Assembly: GCA_009914755.4 (NCBI GenBank)
Contig: CP068257.2
Coordinates: 41,440,001-41,504,000 of the forward strand
DNA from: the human T2T-CHM13v2.0 reference genome, Homo sapiens
Direction of reading: 5' to 3'
DNA: 64,000 nt
A program made the position numbers and the translations under genes. This document shows, one piece after another, positions 1 to 19,734 of this stretch (position 1 is its first letter; every line of letters begins with the position of its first letter). The notes beneath the pieces are model-generated. The model saw only the letters and a program-made list of their open reading frames with translations. It did no database searches and was not told the DNA's origin.

Positions 1-204
1 ATTAGGGCCTGGTAGCTTTGAAGGACCACTGTTCAGCTCACCAGAGCTCTACTGTTTTTAGAGGGGAGGGGCGGACAGGGTCTCCGTCTGCCAGTCAGGC
101 TGGAGTGGCGCTCACCTATAAACTTACTTGCATCCATATGTCCAGAAACTTGCTTGTGCTCCTTTCCTGTCTCCCTCCTTTTCTTCCTTCCTTCCTTTTT
201 TTTT

Positions 205-502
205 TTTTTTTTTTTTTTTTTGAGACAGGGTCTGGCTCTGTCACCTAGGCTGGAGCACGGTGATGCAATCTCGGCTCACTGTAGTGTCGACCTCCTAAAC
301 TTACGCAATTTTCCCACCTCAGCCTCGCAAGTAGCTAGGACTACAGGGCACACTGCCACGCCTGGCTAATTTTCGTATTTTTAGTAGATACGGTGTTTCC
401 TCATGTTGTCCACGCTGGTCTTGAACTCCTGAGCTCAAACAATCCACCCATCTTGGCCTCCCAAAATGCTGGGATTATAGGTGTGAGCCACTGCGCCCAG
501 CT
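205..502 (-). mobile_element. Alu (full length).
   Basis: polyT...gagacagggtctggctctgtcacctaggctggagc...gggattataggtgtgagccactgcgcccagc. Confidence 0.9.
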
Positions 503-651
503 GCTTTTTTCTTTTTGTAAGTATAGATGTTATCTATCAACATCCTTCTGTGGAAAAATGAAGATTCTTCCTCTCCCATGCTCCTCCCCACTAGTAGGAA
601 ATATAATTCCATTCTCGGATTCCTTCAGGACAGTTTTATAATTGAGAATAG

Positions 652-1040
<389 letters not shown>

Positions 1041-1161
1041 TTGTTTTCTAGGTTCTGATGCAACTCCCAACTCTCCACCAGGCATGCAGATCTCTTGATA
1101 GGCTCACAGCACTCTGGCGACCTCTTGATTTCCTTATCTCCCCTGAAGCATCACTCCTGTC

Positions 1162-1392
1162 TTTTTTTTTTTTTTTTTTGAGACAGGGTATCACTGAGTC
1201 ATCCAGGCTAGAATGCAGTAGTGCAATCATGGCTCACTGCAGCCTCCAACTCCTGGGCCCAAGTGATCCTAATGCCTCAGCCTCCTGAGGAGTTGTTTTC
1301 CTTTCTTTTTTCTTGTAGAGACAGGGTCTCACTGTGTTGCCCAGGCTGGTCTCGAACTCCTGGCCTCAAGCAATCTTCTCGCCTAGGTCTCC
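1162..1392 (-). mobile_element. Fragmented Alu copies (two partial pieces).
   Basis: polyT-gagacagggtatcactgagtcatccaggctagaatgcagtag...; gagacagggtctcactgtgttgcccaggctggtctcgaactcctggcctcaagc. Confidence 0.7.
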
Positions 1393-2453
1393 TCTGTCCT
1401 ACTGCTGCTGGACTCACAGTGGCCCTGGGACCTCCTGTGACACCATTTCCTCTCCTGTTTTCATTCCCTCCTTTTGGTGGCGTGTGTTCCTGGGCAGAAA
1501 GCCTGCCCTGCATGATGGAAGTGGGTCTCCTGCCTCCGGTGCTAAGGGAGAGGGTGCTGGCCTCAGGGCTTCCAGCCTGCATTCCTTCCTCTTCTGAATT
1601 CCGTCAGGGTTCATCTCCTGGTTTCCATGTGTGCTGGAGGCTGAAGTTGATGCCTTTCTCATCCCAAGCCTCCCTGTGTGAGCTGGGCTTTTCATCCTTT
1701 TTTGGGAGTGTTTTAGACTTCTCATGTCTTGAGTGACCTCACATTTCACAGTGATGTTCACTGTGTAGATCTTTCGCGGTCCATTTTGCTGGGCACTGGG
1801 TGGGCCTCTCGGTCTGCAAAGTCATGTCTTTGAGTTCTGGGGCAGTTTTGTGAATTACTTCATTACTGAGATCCTTCCTTGTTTTCTTTTTGGAACTCTT
1901 ACTTGCCACGTGCTGGGATCCAATAAGCTCAAAGAATTTCACACACAAAAACATAAGGACAAATACATCAGGATACATCATAATTTCCAAAACAACATTG
2001 TAAAAGAACAAAGCTGTAGGATCCATACTTTCAATTTCAAAACTTACTACAGAACTATAGTAATCAAAACAGTGTGGTACCACCATAAGGCCAGACACAC
2101 AGATCAATGGAATAGCACTGAGTCTAGAAATGAGCCCATACATCTGTGAGCAACGGTGCCAGGCCATTCCATGGGGGGAGCATCGTCTCTTCAACAAGAG
2201 ACGCTGAGACAGACAGACATCCACAAACTCCCATGTTAAACCATCTACAAAAATTGACTCAAAATCGAACAATGAGCTAAATCTGTACAGATCTTAGAAG
2301 AAGACATAGGGGTACATTTCCATGAACCTTGGATTTGCCAATGGATATGACACCCAAAGCATGAGCAACAGGAAAAAACAAACAAACAAATTTTGACTCC
2401 ACCAAAACTAAAAACTGCCGTGCATCAAAGAACATTAAGAAAGTAAAGAGACC

Positions 2454-2864
2454 GGGACCAATGGCTCACGCCTGTCACCCCAGCACTTTGGGAGGCCGAG
2501 GTGGGCAGATCACTTGAGGTCAGGAATTCAAGACCAGCCTGGCCAACATGGTGAAACCCTGTCTCCACTAAAAATATTAAAAATTAGACGAGGCGCAGTG
2601 GCTCACACCTGTCATCCCAGCACTTTGGGAGGCCGAGGTGGGCAGATCACTTGAGGTCAGGAATTCGAGACCAGCCTGGCCAACATGGTGAAACCCTGTC
2701 TCCACTAAAAATATTAAAAATTAGACGAGGCGCAGTGGCTCACACCTGTCATCCCAGCACTTTGGGAGGCCGAGGTGGGCAGATCACTTGAGGTCAGGAA
2801 TTCAAGACCAGCCTGGCCAACATGGTGAAACCCTGTCTCCACTAAAAATATTAAAAAGTAGACG
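2454..2864 (+). repeat. Tandem triplication (3 x 137 bp) of an Alu left-arm unit. The units differ by only 2-3 substitutions.
   Basis: Units start at 2454, 2591 and 2728. Each is (g)gcgcagtggctcacacctgtcatcccagcactttgggaggccgaggtgggcagatcacttgaggtcaggaattc(a/g)agaccagcctggccaacatggtgaaaccctgtctccactaaaaatattaaaaa(t/g)tagacgag. The array runs directly into a full Alu at 2865. Confidence 0.85.
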
Positions 2865-3387
<523 letters not shown>

Positions 3388-3589
3388 TTAGTATCCTGAA
3401 CATATAAAGAGCTCCTACAACTCAACAAAAAGACAACCCAATTTAAAAACAGGAGATGGATTCTCCCAAAAAATAACCAACAGGCATATGAAAAGATGGT
3501 CACTCAACATCACCAATGATTACAGAAAGGCAAATCAAAACCATAATGAGACACCTCTTCATACACACTAGCATGGCTATAATAATTTA

Positions 3590-4040
<451 letters not shown>

Positions 4041-4299
4041 TTAACCAGCAATGCCACTCCTGGGTACACACCCAAGAAAAGTGAAAAGAGGTGTCCAGAC
4101 ATACTCGGCCATGAAGGTGCACAGCAGGTTACTCACAAGGGCTGAAAAGCAGAAACAACCAGGTGTCCATCACCGATAAATGAGGAACCAAAATGTGGTC
4201 TATCCACACAATGGCTTATTATTCGGCCACAAAAAGAAACCAAGTACACGTGCTCTGACATGCCTGAAAATACCATGCAAAGTGAAATAAGTTAGACAC

Positions 4300-4998
4300 G
4301 AGGCCACAATTGTGTGATTCCATTTATATGAAATGTCCAGAACAGGGAAAACCTATTTTAGACAACAGAGACACAAAGTCGATCAGCAGTTGCCAGGGGA
4401 GGAGGAAGACGGGAGGGGAAATGATTGCTTCACGGGGTGATGACAGAATGTTCCAGAACGTGACAGAGGTGGTGCCTACACAACTTTCTGGATGTACTAA
4501 ATGCCGCTGATTGTTCACTTTCAAGTGATTGATTTTTAGGTTATTTGAATTTCATCTCAATTAAAAAACCCAAACACGCAAACTGCTCCCGCCAGCTCAG
4601 CCCCGAGCAGACGGCGCAGCCCGTGGAGGATGCTGAGCCACCCAGGCTTCTCCCCGCCCCTTCCTGGACTCTTCTCTCTTTTGCCTTTAATCCACTCTGC
4701 GCAGTCATTGCCTGTGTTCATCCTACCTGGCCGACTTCTCTCTCAATATTTCCTTGGTGAAACATCCTAAGAGGAAGTTACATTAGAGAAAATCACATAT
4801 TTCATCTCATAGGCCGTAAACAGGGCCATTTAGGAAGCCATGTGTTAACGAGGGGAGACGGATGCTCTGTGCCGTGTGCAGGGATAACGGTGCCAGGCCA
4901 GGCAGTTACCAATCACGCGTGTGTTTAGGGCTCAGGAAAGCGAAGGAGAAGTGGGCAAGGGTGGCGGGCCCGCTCCGCACCGCCCAGCGCTCCGGACT
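4300..4998 (-). other. CBS: CBS 3' UTR (approximate, apparently unspliced) extending from the stop codon into the antisense L1 tail. Candidate noncanonical polyA signals on the minus strand are TATAAA (4329-4324) and ATTAAA (4691-4686).
   Basis: This is inference from recalled transcript size: the CBS mRNA is ~2.6 kb with a 1656-nt CDS and ~250-nt 5' UTR, which implies a ~700-nt 3' UTR. No canonical AATAAA occurs on the minus strand between 4020 and 4998. The exact 3' end is not resolvable from sequence alone. Confidence 0.45.
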
Positions 4999-5545
<547 letters not shown>

Positions 5546-5738
5546 CCAGTGTTCTTCTGACATGAGCCCCATGAGCCCCCAGGCCAGGTTCTACCCACCA
5601 CGTGAGTCCCCTGGGCCCCAGGCCAGGCTCCACCCACCGCAGGTCAGGACACACCCTTCCCTGGCCCACCGGCTGAGCTCCTGAGGCACTCATGACTTCA
5701 GAGCCGGTGTGGGCATGAAATTCAAACCCGCTTACAGG

Positions 5739-6040
5739 GCCGGGCACAGTGGCTCACACCTGTGATCCCAGCGCTGTGGGAGGCCAAGGTGGGAGGATCA
5801 TTTAAGCCCGGAAGTCTGGGACCAGCCTGGGCAACATATTGAGACCCTGTCTCTACAGAATATTTTTAAAAATAAATTAGTCGAGCATGGTGGCACACGC
5901 TTGTGGTCCCAGCTACTTGGGAGACTGAGGCAGAAGGATCAGTTGAGCACAGCAGGTCGAGGCTGCAGCGAGCTATGATGGCACTACTGCACTCCAGTCG
6001 GCAACAGAGCAAGACCCTGTCTCTAAAAACAGACAAAAAC
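5739..6040 (+). mobile_element. Alu.
   Basis: gggccgggcacagtggctcacacctgtgatcccagcgctgtgggaggccaaggtgggagg...caacagagcaagaccctgtctctaaaaa. Confidence 0.9.
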
Positions 6041-7454
6041 CCCTTGCCACCATGGGCAGCACACAGCTTCCATCTCTGGCCTGATTCTGTCTTCACCCCT
6101 CCTGCTTTCTCCTGGCAAGCGTAGACCCGGTGTTAATGCTGGCCGAGGCTCCCATGCCACATACCCAGACAGGGCTGTTGTGATGGTTAATTTTAATACA
6201 GATTAACGGGGCCGTGGGAGCCCAGGCATTGGTCACACGTCGTTCTGGGCATGTGTGAGGGGATTCCGGATTAGCACAAGAGTCAAGAGGCAGATAACGT
6301 GTGCTACTGTGGAGGGCCTCACCCAAGCAGTTGAAGGCCTGAATAGAACCAAAGGTGGAATTTCCTGCCTTGGGGCTTGAACTGCTGGCTCTCCAGTCTC
6401 CGGCCTGCCGCCTCACCCTGCAGATCTCAGGGTTTGTCAGCCTCCGTGATCTCATGATCCAGTTCCTTAACACAGATCTCGTTCCCTCTCTCTCCCCGCT
6501 CCCCACACATCCTCTTGGTCCTGCGTCTCCACAGGACCCTACACCAGCTGTCATGAGGCACAGAGGGGTGAGCAAGGTGCGGGTGAGGAAGAGCCCTCGG
6601 AGCCCGTCCCAACTCCGCCACGGCTGTCACTCCTCTCTTTGTAGGCAGAGGTCCCTTGGGGTGGCCCACTTAGAGCCCCAGGAAAAGATAGGGAACACAG
6701 ATGAGATCAGCTCCTTGCATTTTGGGGAAACGGAGGCACAGCAACTGTTGGAGAAGGGAGCCCTGGGAGCCCTGAGTGCCGCAGGCTTCTGTGGCCCTGG
6801 CAGCTCGGCCCAGAGTCAATGGACTAGGGCCAGCCAGGGGACTTTCCGACAAGGGCCAGCTGGTGGTATTTTAGGTCTTGGGGGCCGTGCCGTCTCTGTT
6901 ATGAGCACGCAGCCCTGACGTGCTTGAAAGCAGCCACAGACGGTGGTGACAAGCGTGGACACGCTCCAGGAAGACTTGATTTGGGGACCCTGACATTGGA
7001 ATTTGCATCTTTTTTTTTTTCTGAGATGTTCAAACACAAGTAAATGTGAGATTAAGAGGGGGATCCCTCCTACCCAAGCTTGGGGGTGGGTCCAGGACCC
7101 TGGAAGGCCTCCATTTGCCATGGGGAGGCTGTGAATCTGAGCCTGAGAGCCATTCTGAGGGGTGGGTGATACCTACCTGCAGGCCCCCCCACCACGCCTG
7201 CCCAGGCCTGGTCCTGCGCTGCAGAGCCAAGGACGGGAGATGGGGTTAGACTTGGGGCCCTCACGGACCAGCCTCAGCCACCGAGCGCTCACCCCCTGCA
7301 CACAGGCCTGGTGGGTGGGCAGGCTCCAGGCTCCAGGGCCCCTCCCAACTCTTCCTGTGGGCCCCAGGCCCAGGGCTGCCATCTATGACCCAAAACCTGC
7401 GAGCGACTCTCCTGGCCTGTGGGGATGTGGTGGGGACGCCCGGGGATGCGCTCA

Positions 7455-8189
<735 letters not shown>

Positions 8190-8627
8190 TCACTCCTAGG
8201 TTTGGGCAGAACCCTCAGCCTTTCCAGTGTCAAGAGCCACACCTGCATGTCCCAGGGGATCCGTGTGGAAGGTCACACAAACTTTCCTGGGCCACCCTCA
8301 GGGCAGCAGAGGGTGGGTGTCTCAGGACAACCACGGAGTCTGACCAGCCCGGCAAGGAGCCACCGTGGGCTTCTCCCAGAATGTTCTAGCTCTTGTTGGA
8401 TAACCAAGTGCATGCACAGGCAAATGAGGCTGGGCAGGAGAAAGACCCCGGCAGACGCCGCATGGTGCCCGGGACAGCCTCTGAGCGCGAATGACCTCCT
8501 TAAGTCCCCAAAACACGGCTGGTGTGGATGAGCCTGCACTGATGAGAGCCTCCTCTCCGGCTGCTGCACTTGTAAAGTGGGTGCTTCTCAGCTTCATGGT
8601 TTGAGGGGTGCAGCCAGCTTCGGCCTA

Positions 8628-9410
<783 letters not shown>

Positions 9411-9783
9411 TCACCCCTCCCAGGACGGTGGGGCACACGCTCAGCTGCCCCAGGGAGGAGCGCTCTCTGGCCACACATGGAAGTCCTCTGCCACGAGCCT
9501 ACACGCGGCAGGAACCAGTCTGGGCCCTGGTGGGGAGAAAGAAACCAAGAGTCCTTGGACCCGTTCAGCCAGGGTCAAGGGTGACCAGCCGTCAGGTTTC
9601 CGCGACGTGGGGCTCTCAGTGGTCACTGGGCATGTGTGCCAAGGCTTTCTGCTGTCAGACATGTCCTCGGGGCATCTCTCCCCTGACCTCCAGGTGGGCC
9701 CAGGACAGCCTGCACACAAAGGGTGGGTGGGCTGAGGTCTGAGGGCCTGGAGTGAGCACGGCAGCCCTGCCCCAGGCTGCTCA

Positions 9784-10683
<900 letters not shown>

Positions 10684-11558
10684 TCACACACTCACACGCA
10701 CAGGTACACATGGCAGGCTGGCCAAGTATGTGGGGAGATGGTGTTCTTGCACTGACGGGGGTGGGCAGGAGCCCTGCACAGGGCATCTTGACCCTGGGCA
10801 CCAGATGTGAATCACCCCACACTGGGGAACCCAACTGGGGGCACCCACCAGCCAGGCCTGGCCCTCCAAGGGCAGCTGAGCTCTCGGGAGCTGTGTAGCC
10901 GCTGCAGCTTGCAGGCCATGGAGGAAACCCTGCAGGTGCAGGGGACAGGGCATGGGGGTCTGTAGACACCCGCCCTGGTACCGCCTCCGGAGACCAGGTG
11001 CAGAGCAGCGCCAGTCTCAGCCTGGCTGCCCGGTGACCAGCGAGGTCTGTGGCGTTACTGTCCGAGGGGCCTCTGGGCAAAACAGTCACAGCAAGTCCTA
11101 GGGGGCCACCTGGGCAGCACTCGGTCCCAATCTGGAGTTTGGGGGAAGCAGCAGAGGGAGTCAGGGTGGATAGGAGGTGGCACAGGGCCCGGCCCAAGAG
11201 GACGTCAGTCCATGTGGCCAGGGCTACCCGTTGGAGCTCACGGACCCCAGAGCAGTGAGGGGGACAGACACCAGAGAGGAAGGGACAGGAGGGACAGAGA
11301 GGGAGCCACCGTCTTTCATGCCCCTCCTGTCAGGGCTGTCACTGCGAGTGTGCATTGATTTTCACAGCATTAAGAGGCTGGGAAGCCCCACAGCGTGAGG
11401 GCACGTGGGCAGGAGAGTGGAGGCGGTGCTCACAGGGCCCCGCTGGCCTCCTCCCCTCCCAGTTCTGGCTGCCGGTTCTCAGGTGAGGCGTGAGAGGCAT
11501 CCAGGGAAGGGTGGCAGGATGGAGAGGAGCAGGGACCTGGGAGGGAAGCCGTGTCTTA

Positions 11559-11684
<126 letters not shown>

Positions 11685-12293
11685 TCAGACGCGCCAGGGT
11701 GAGCGTGCGTGGGTGCACACGTATGCATGAATTGTGCACGTGCACGCATGGGAGCATGTCAGACACACTCCGAAGGATCCGTCAAGAGGGGTTGCCTCGG
11801 GGAGAGGGGCTGGGAGGACCCCACTTCTCCGTGAGCATCGGCTTCTTCCTTGTGCACCATGGAGTTTCTGTGTCCACTCGGGGCTTCATAATGAGCTGGG
11901 GTGGGCACTGGTGCCAGGGAAATGCCTGCAGTGGGGCTGCGGCCCCTGGCAAACCTCCTGGCCCTGAGCCTAGAGCCAGCGATGCTACGAGGACGGAGCC
12001 CCCAGCACCACGCCTGCAGGCTGCCTGACTGCACACTGGGCTCTGCTTTATAAACAAGAGACCAAGGCTCACAGTGACACCAGCTGTCCCTAGGAGCCCT
12101 GAAGTCAGAGTCAGAGGCGTCTTCTCTGGGCTTAGTTTGAGGGTGCACACAGCAGTCGGGAAGGTCTAAGTCTGCAGTAGGAGCCCCCACAGGAAGAGAG
12201 GCACCCTCCTCTGTAACGGGGCCCATGGACCTGCTTTCCAGCCCCAAAGGCAGGGGCTTGTTTCTCCACCAACATGGGGAGCAGGGAGACTGA

Positions 12294-12802
<509 letters not shown>

Positions 12803-13241
12803 TGACACACGGAATGCACATGTAGAAACCTCACATGTCCCTGCCTGCGTTTTAGAAGCTGGTGTGTGCTCTCCGAGTCCCCAGAGGTCTAGATCAACTA
12901 TGGTCCCTACAGGGCCTCTGCTGCCTGTGTGGCTAGTCAGTGGCATTGCCAGCGGCCACCTGGTCTGTCCACCCCCAAGCAGGTGGGCAGAGGGGCACGG
13001 GGTAGGAGGAAGGTGAGCGGGGTCGAGCTGGACAGCCTCAGGCTCCAGTCCCCTCCCCAGCTGCTCCAGGGTGCTCGCAGCACCCAGTCCCGGCCATGGG
13101 CCCCGTCAATGCAGAGCCACCGCCCCAGGGGCCCTGGTGGACTTGATTAGAAACAATAAGTGCCATGAGAGCTTCAGCCTTGTTCTAGAAACACATTCTG
13201 GAAGGCAGCTCGAAGCCCCGCCCCATGGCCTCCTGCCCTCA

Positions 13242-13583
<342 letters not shown>

Positions 13584-13999
13584 TCATGGTGGACCCCGTG
13601 TCTAGGCGGTAGGACCCCAGAGGTCTCACCCCAGCCTCTCCCCCTGGGATCGGCACGTCTGCAGACTTTCCAGTTCCAACACGTTTTGCAGACAGCAAAA
13701 CTGCCCGCCAGCCCCACTGAGCATCCGTGTGACCCACACCGGCCCTTCGGTCTCTGCTCTCCCTCAGGCCAAAGTCAGCTTTTTGGCTCTTAACAGACTT
13801 TTCCGGGGCCTTAATTTTCACACGTTTTCCCTGCTCCCTGCCTGTGCCACCTGGGCTACATCCCTTGGTGAGGTCAGGCCACGTGTGCGGACATCGTCCC
13901 CCAGTCTACTTTGTCTCGACCTTCGAGACCAGCTTCTCACCATGCGTGCGGGGCTTGCCCTTCTGTTTCAGTGGAGAAGCTGGTTGGGGCCCAGGGTCA

Positions 14000-14221
<222 letters not shown>

Positions 14222-15018
14222 TCAAGGCCAGCAAAAGCCCCGCCTGGACATGCCTCGATATTCTATTATGGGAGTGGCCAATACCGCTGTTAACAACTGC
14301 CTGTTAATGATCTGCCTGTGGGTGGTGGCCTGTTCCCAGCCTCAGAGGCAGGATGAGAAACCCAAGAACCCAGGCTCCAAGTATTAAAGCGGTAATGACC
14401 TAAATGTTCAGTGCAGGGCGCTCAGAAGTAAAGGCAGGTGCCTGGGAGGAACTGACCTCCCCGGGGTGCTTCTCGGAGCGGGGCCCCCAGGACAGTCCAG
14501 ACAGACCACCCTGCGGCGGAGCAGCAGAGCCTTTGGGGACAAAGGGCATTGCTGGGCAGTGACGTCTTTTTCAAGGGCAAGCAACAGGGAGAGAACGCCC
14601 TTGTCTCATCAGCGGGACCTTTCTAGGCACCCGTCCTCAGACCTGCTCTTAACCCCGAGTCCAGGAACCCTCTCCCAACTCCCACAAGCCCCAGTTGAGG
14701 GGCAGACTCAGGACCAGAGGACTTAGAGCTCCTGGCTGATCCTCAGAGGCCCCCAGTTGGAACTCCGACCCCCCACTCAGTGCAGGAAGGTTCTCCAAGA
14801 CACTGGCCGGTGAGCGAGCACCCAGCCCCAGCTCCTTCGGGTCACGAGCTGCTGGTCCCTTATGTGTCAAGCACCCTTGTCTTCCCAAACACCTCCCAGG
14901 CAGCGCAGAAATACCGCGGGAGACAGCGTGCTGAGCAGACCGTGAGGAATGACAGCTTTCAGCTCAGAAGCCGGGGCCACTCCGCACTGCCCCTCTCCGG
15001 CCCGGCCACACCACTCAC

Positions 15019-15110
15019 CCTGCATCCAGGACACTTCTCCTTCAGCTTCCTGGCAATGCCCGTGATGGTGCCGCCCGTGCCCACTGAAGCCACCAGCATG
15101 TCCAGCTTCC
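15019..15110 (-). CDS. CBS: CBS coding exon 7 (aa 247-276).
   Basis: ccaccag|GG AAG CTG GAC ATG CTG GTG GCT TCA GTG GGC ACG GGC GGC ACC ATC ACG GGC ATT GCC AGG AAG CTG AAG GAG AAG TGT CCT GGA TGC AGG|gtgagtgg = [30 protein letters not shown]. Confidence 0.95.
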
Positions 15111-16301
15111 CTGGTGGACGGATAACATTCTTGGGTCCCTGCCTGGCCAGCCCATCACTCATAGTAATAATCATTGAAAACACACTCAGCCCAAACCACG
15201 GTGGGTAACCAAAAAGTTCAAAAGAAAAACTTCTTCTCCAGTTGGAGCAGCCCTCGTTGCTGCCCTTGGTCTGTGAAAGCCTCAGAAACAGGCAGCCTGG
15301 GGCACCCCAGCCCAGTCTTTGCTCAGTGACACTCGACCCCTAAAACCCCCATTTGGCTGGATGCAGAAAGACAGGACCCTGTCCGGGGGGTGCAGGCGCT
15401 GAGGGCGGGCAGAGGGAGGCTGTGAATTAACCACCTCCGTGGGCTGTTGGATGTTTGCGTGGTGTGAGTGAGTTAACTGAATTTACACAGGAAATGGAAT
15501 CAGTCTTTTAGGCTTCAGCGCAGAAACTCGCTGGGCGCTCACACTGCTGGCCGCCAGCGCGGGCATCTGGTGGAGAAGTCACAGCAGGGAAAGACTCAGC
15601 GAGACGGAGCAGCTTGGGCACCCATGCTGAGACAGGACTGTTTTTGCCAAATGAGAGAGTTCTCACACATAAAGCCCAAACAACCAAATGCCTGGACCTT
15701 ACAGCCCGGCTCCTGGGCACGGACTGAGGGTGTACTCCAGCCCATGCCAACACCGGATTCCCAATAGGAAGCCAGGGCGCCAACCTCTTGGCAACTTATC
15801 TCTAAAGGGATCTCTTGGGAAAACCTCAGTACCAACCCCCACAGGCCTTGGCACCGAGTCCCTGGAAAAGGGCCCAAGGAGCCGGCCTCATGCTTGTAAC
15901 AGAGAGTGAGCTCATCGCAGATGTCACCAGCTCTGTTCTGCAGATGAATTTGATGCCGAGTCAGGGCATGATCCCAAATGAAGTCCAAGCTGTGAGCCCA
16001 GCACCAGCCTGGGCCCTGAACAGACTCGCTGTCTGCATTATCTGCAGGAGGAGCCCCTGCAGACCTGCAGAGATTGCTGGGTAAACAAATACAGCCATGC
16101 CCTGTGTTTGCTATTACAGGTAAACCACAGGCGGAGGCCAAGAGGGCACAACGGAGGGAGGAAATTGTTCTAGAGAAATGCTCTAGAAAAGCATTTCACA
16201 GAGGGAACATTTGAGCTGGGTTCTGAAGGGTGAATAGGAGTTCACCAAGGAGAGGGCAAGAGATGTGTACACTCCCAGGCAGCCAGGGATAAATGCAATC
16301 A

Positions 16302-16439
<138 letters not shown>

Positions 16440-16505
16440 TCACCCCCACATCCCTGACCGAGACCCTCCTAGGGAATGCCTGTCTCCAGGCCCCAGGTGC
16501 CTCAC

Positions 16506-17761
<1,256 letters not shown>

Positions 17762-19627
17762 TCACTGGGGGGCGCCGCAGAAAACCCCGTCCCCCCACCC
17801 ACGAGCTGGGCTTGTGGCGGGCAGGCGCCTGGATTTGGGTCCCCTACGCCCCTATGCCCAGCCATACCCAGCGGCCCCTGCCAAAGCAGCTTGATGTCCT
17901 GAAGCCACAGCACTGGCTTCCCCATCGGATGGGGACTCGCATACTCTCCCTACAGCCTCCCATTGTCCTCCTTCCCCTGTGGGGCGTCACCTGCCCGGGG
18001 AAGGGCTCCCTGCGCAGTTCCCGCACAAGGCCAAGGCCTTCACTTGCACTTCCTTCCTTACTGCAAGTCCTCTCTCCCTCTCCAGCTCTTAAAAATATTT
18101 AGTTTTTAAGAGCGAGAGAATGGGCTGCATGAAATGTGATTTGAGGGACCTGGGACCAGCCTGCAGCACCTCAAAATTTCTGAAAGCAACCACCAGACAG
18201 GTGTTGCCCCTAGAACCAGGACGAGGCGCTGTGTGTGGTGGGGAGGACTCTCGGGGTCTGGCCCTCTACAGGCCTGCATTCTCGGACCCCTCTGGGTCCC
18301 ATACTGTGAAACCCTCAGTTAGATCATTCTCACTAGCGCCTGGGGGCCAGCTCCGAAGCAGAAATCAGAGCTGGTGGCCTCCGGCAAGCCACGTGACCAA
18401 CCTGACCCTCGGTGTGTCTGTCTGTAAAACGGGCATTCCAAAACCTACTTCAAGGGCAACCGCCAAGTTTAGACGTCATCCTGTACGGAGCACAGTGAGC
18501 CAGCCACGCGTGCTGCGTACGAGTTAAGGGTCCCTATTGTCTGACAAATGAGCACAGAGCCGGCCCTGCTGCCTTGGGGGTCTCTGTGAAGGGGGCTGCT
18601 CTGCTGCAGCTCCGAGATCTCCTTCCCTAGAGGGGGGCAGAGGAGGGCCAGGCTCCCACGAGGCCCCTCCTGTGAATCGGCGATCGGTTCCCAACGCACC
18701 GACCCCTGACTTCCTTCCCCCAGCGCCTGCCCCAGCTCTCACAGGTCCCCCGGCTGGGACATTAGAGCATCTCAGGATGAAAAAGTCCCAAGCCATGTTA
18801 CTGGTTCCCTCTCCTTCCCACTCGAACTCCACCCCCTCCATCTGGCCCTGTCGCGGGGTTCTCCGCGGCACCCTTCCTGCCTCCCTCCGAACTCACTTGA
18901 CCTTGGTCATCTGAAATACGAAATTCCGTCCCCGCCTTGTCCCCAAGGCCTCTGCACCCACAGCTTTCTCTGTGACGATGCTGAGGTCTACCAGGGCTCT
19001 GCGCTCTTGGTGAAGAGCGACCCTTAGGAATTCCCTCCACGCTCTTGAGCCTGGAAACTGCGTCCTGCAAAGAAATGCCCTTCCCCGGAGGCCTCAGACC
19101 ACACCTCAGGTGACCCCCTGCGCACCCAGGACGAGGCCAGCCACAGACCCTCCAAATTCCCATTCTCTGTCTCATAAATGATGAGCTGAACTATCTGTCC
19201 CCACGAAGCTGGCAAGACAGAGGTAACCGCTCCCTGGACAGCGGGTGGCTCACAGCACGTGCTAGGACCCGTCCACTGCTCCTTAGCAGGCATGACGCTA
19301 ACCCTCCCCACCTGCTTGCTTCTGCCTTTGACCCTCACCCGGCCCTTCACACCCTCGCTGCTTCCACTCCGGCCTCAGTTCAAAGGTCACCTGTTCGTTC
19401 CCTTGTCCATCTGCTGGGGAGTCACTTTGGTCACCCTCTGACACAATGCCCTGTTGTGTGTTTTTCCCAAACTTAAGCTGATATGTTCTTGGCCACTCAT
19501 TAACCAGCGAGTTTTCTGATCCCAGGGCCTTGCCTAAGGGATCCATCCCAGGACCCCCCAGGACCCCCCAGGCCCACGGAGCCCAGTGTAGATGGAGGAA
19601 GCCCCTCTCCAAAGCCAGGGCACTCAC

Positions 19628-19734
19628 AGAGCTCACACTTCAGGCCGAACTTCTTCCCAATCTTGTTGATTCTGACCATAGGGGTGTCCCCGATTTTCTT
19701 CAGAATATCTGGCAAGATTTTTGGAGATTTTGCC
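19628..19734 (-). CDS. CBS: CBS coding exon 2 (aa 71-105).
   Basis: ctgtttcag|G GCA AAA TCT CCA AAA ATC TTG CCA GAT ATT CTG AAG AAA ATC GGG GAC ACC CCT ATG GTC AGA ATC AAC AAG ATT GGG AAG AAG TTC GGC CTG AAG TGT GAG CTC T|gtgagtg = [35 protein letters not shown]. Confidence 0.95.

Noticed and set aside
1739-2272. 177-aa minus-strand ORF.
   Set aside because: It lies antisense to a degenerate L1 ORF2 fragment and is not a gene.
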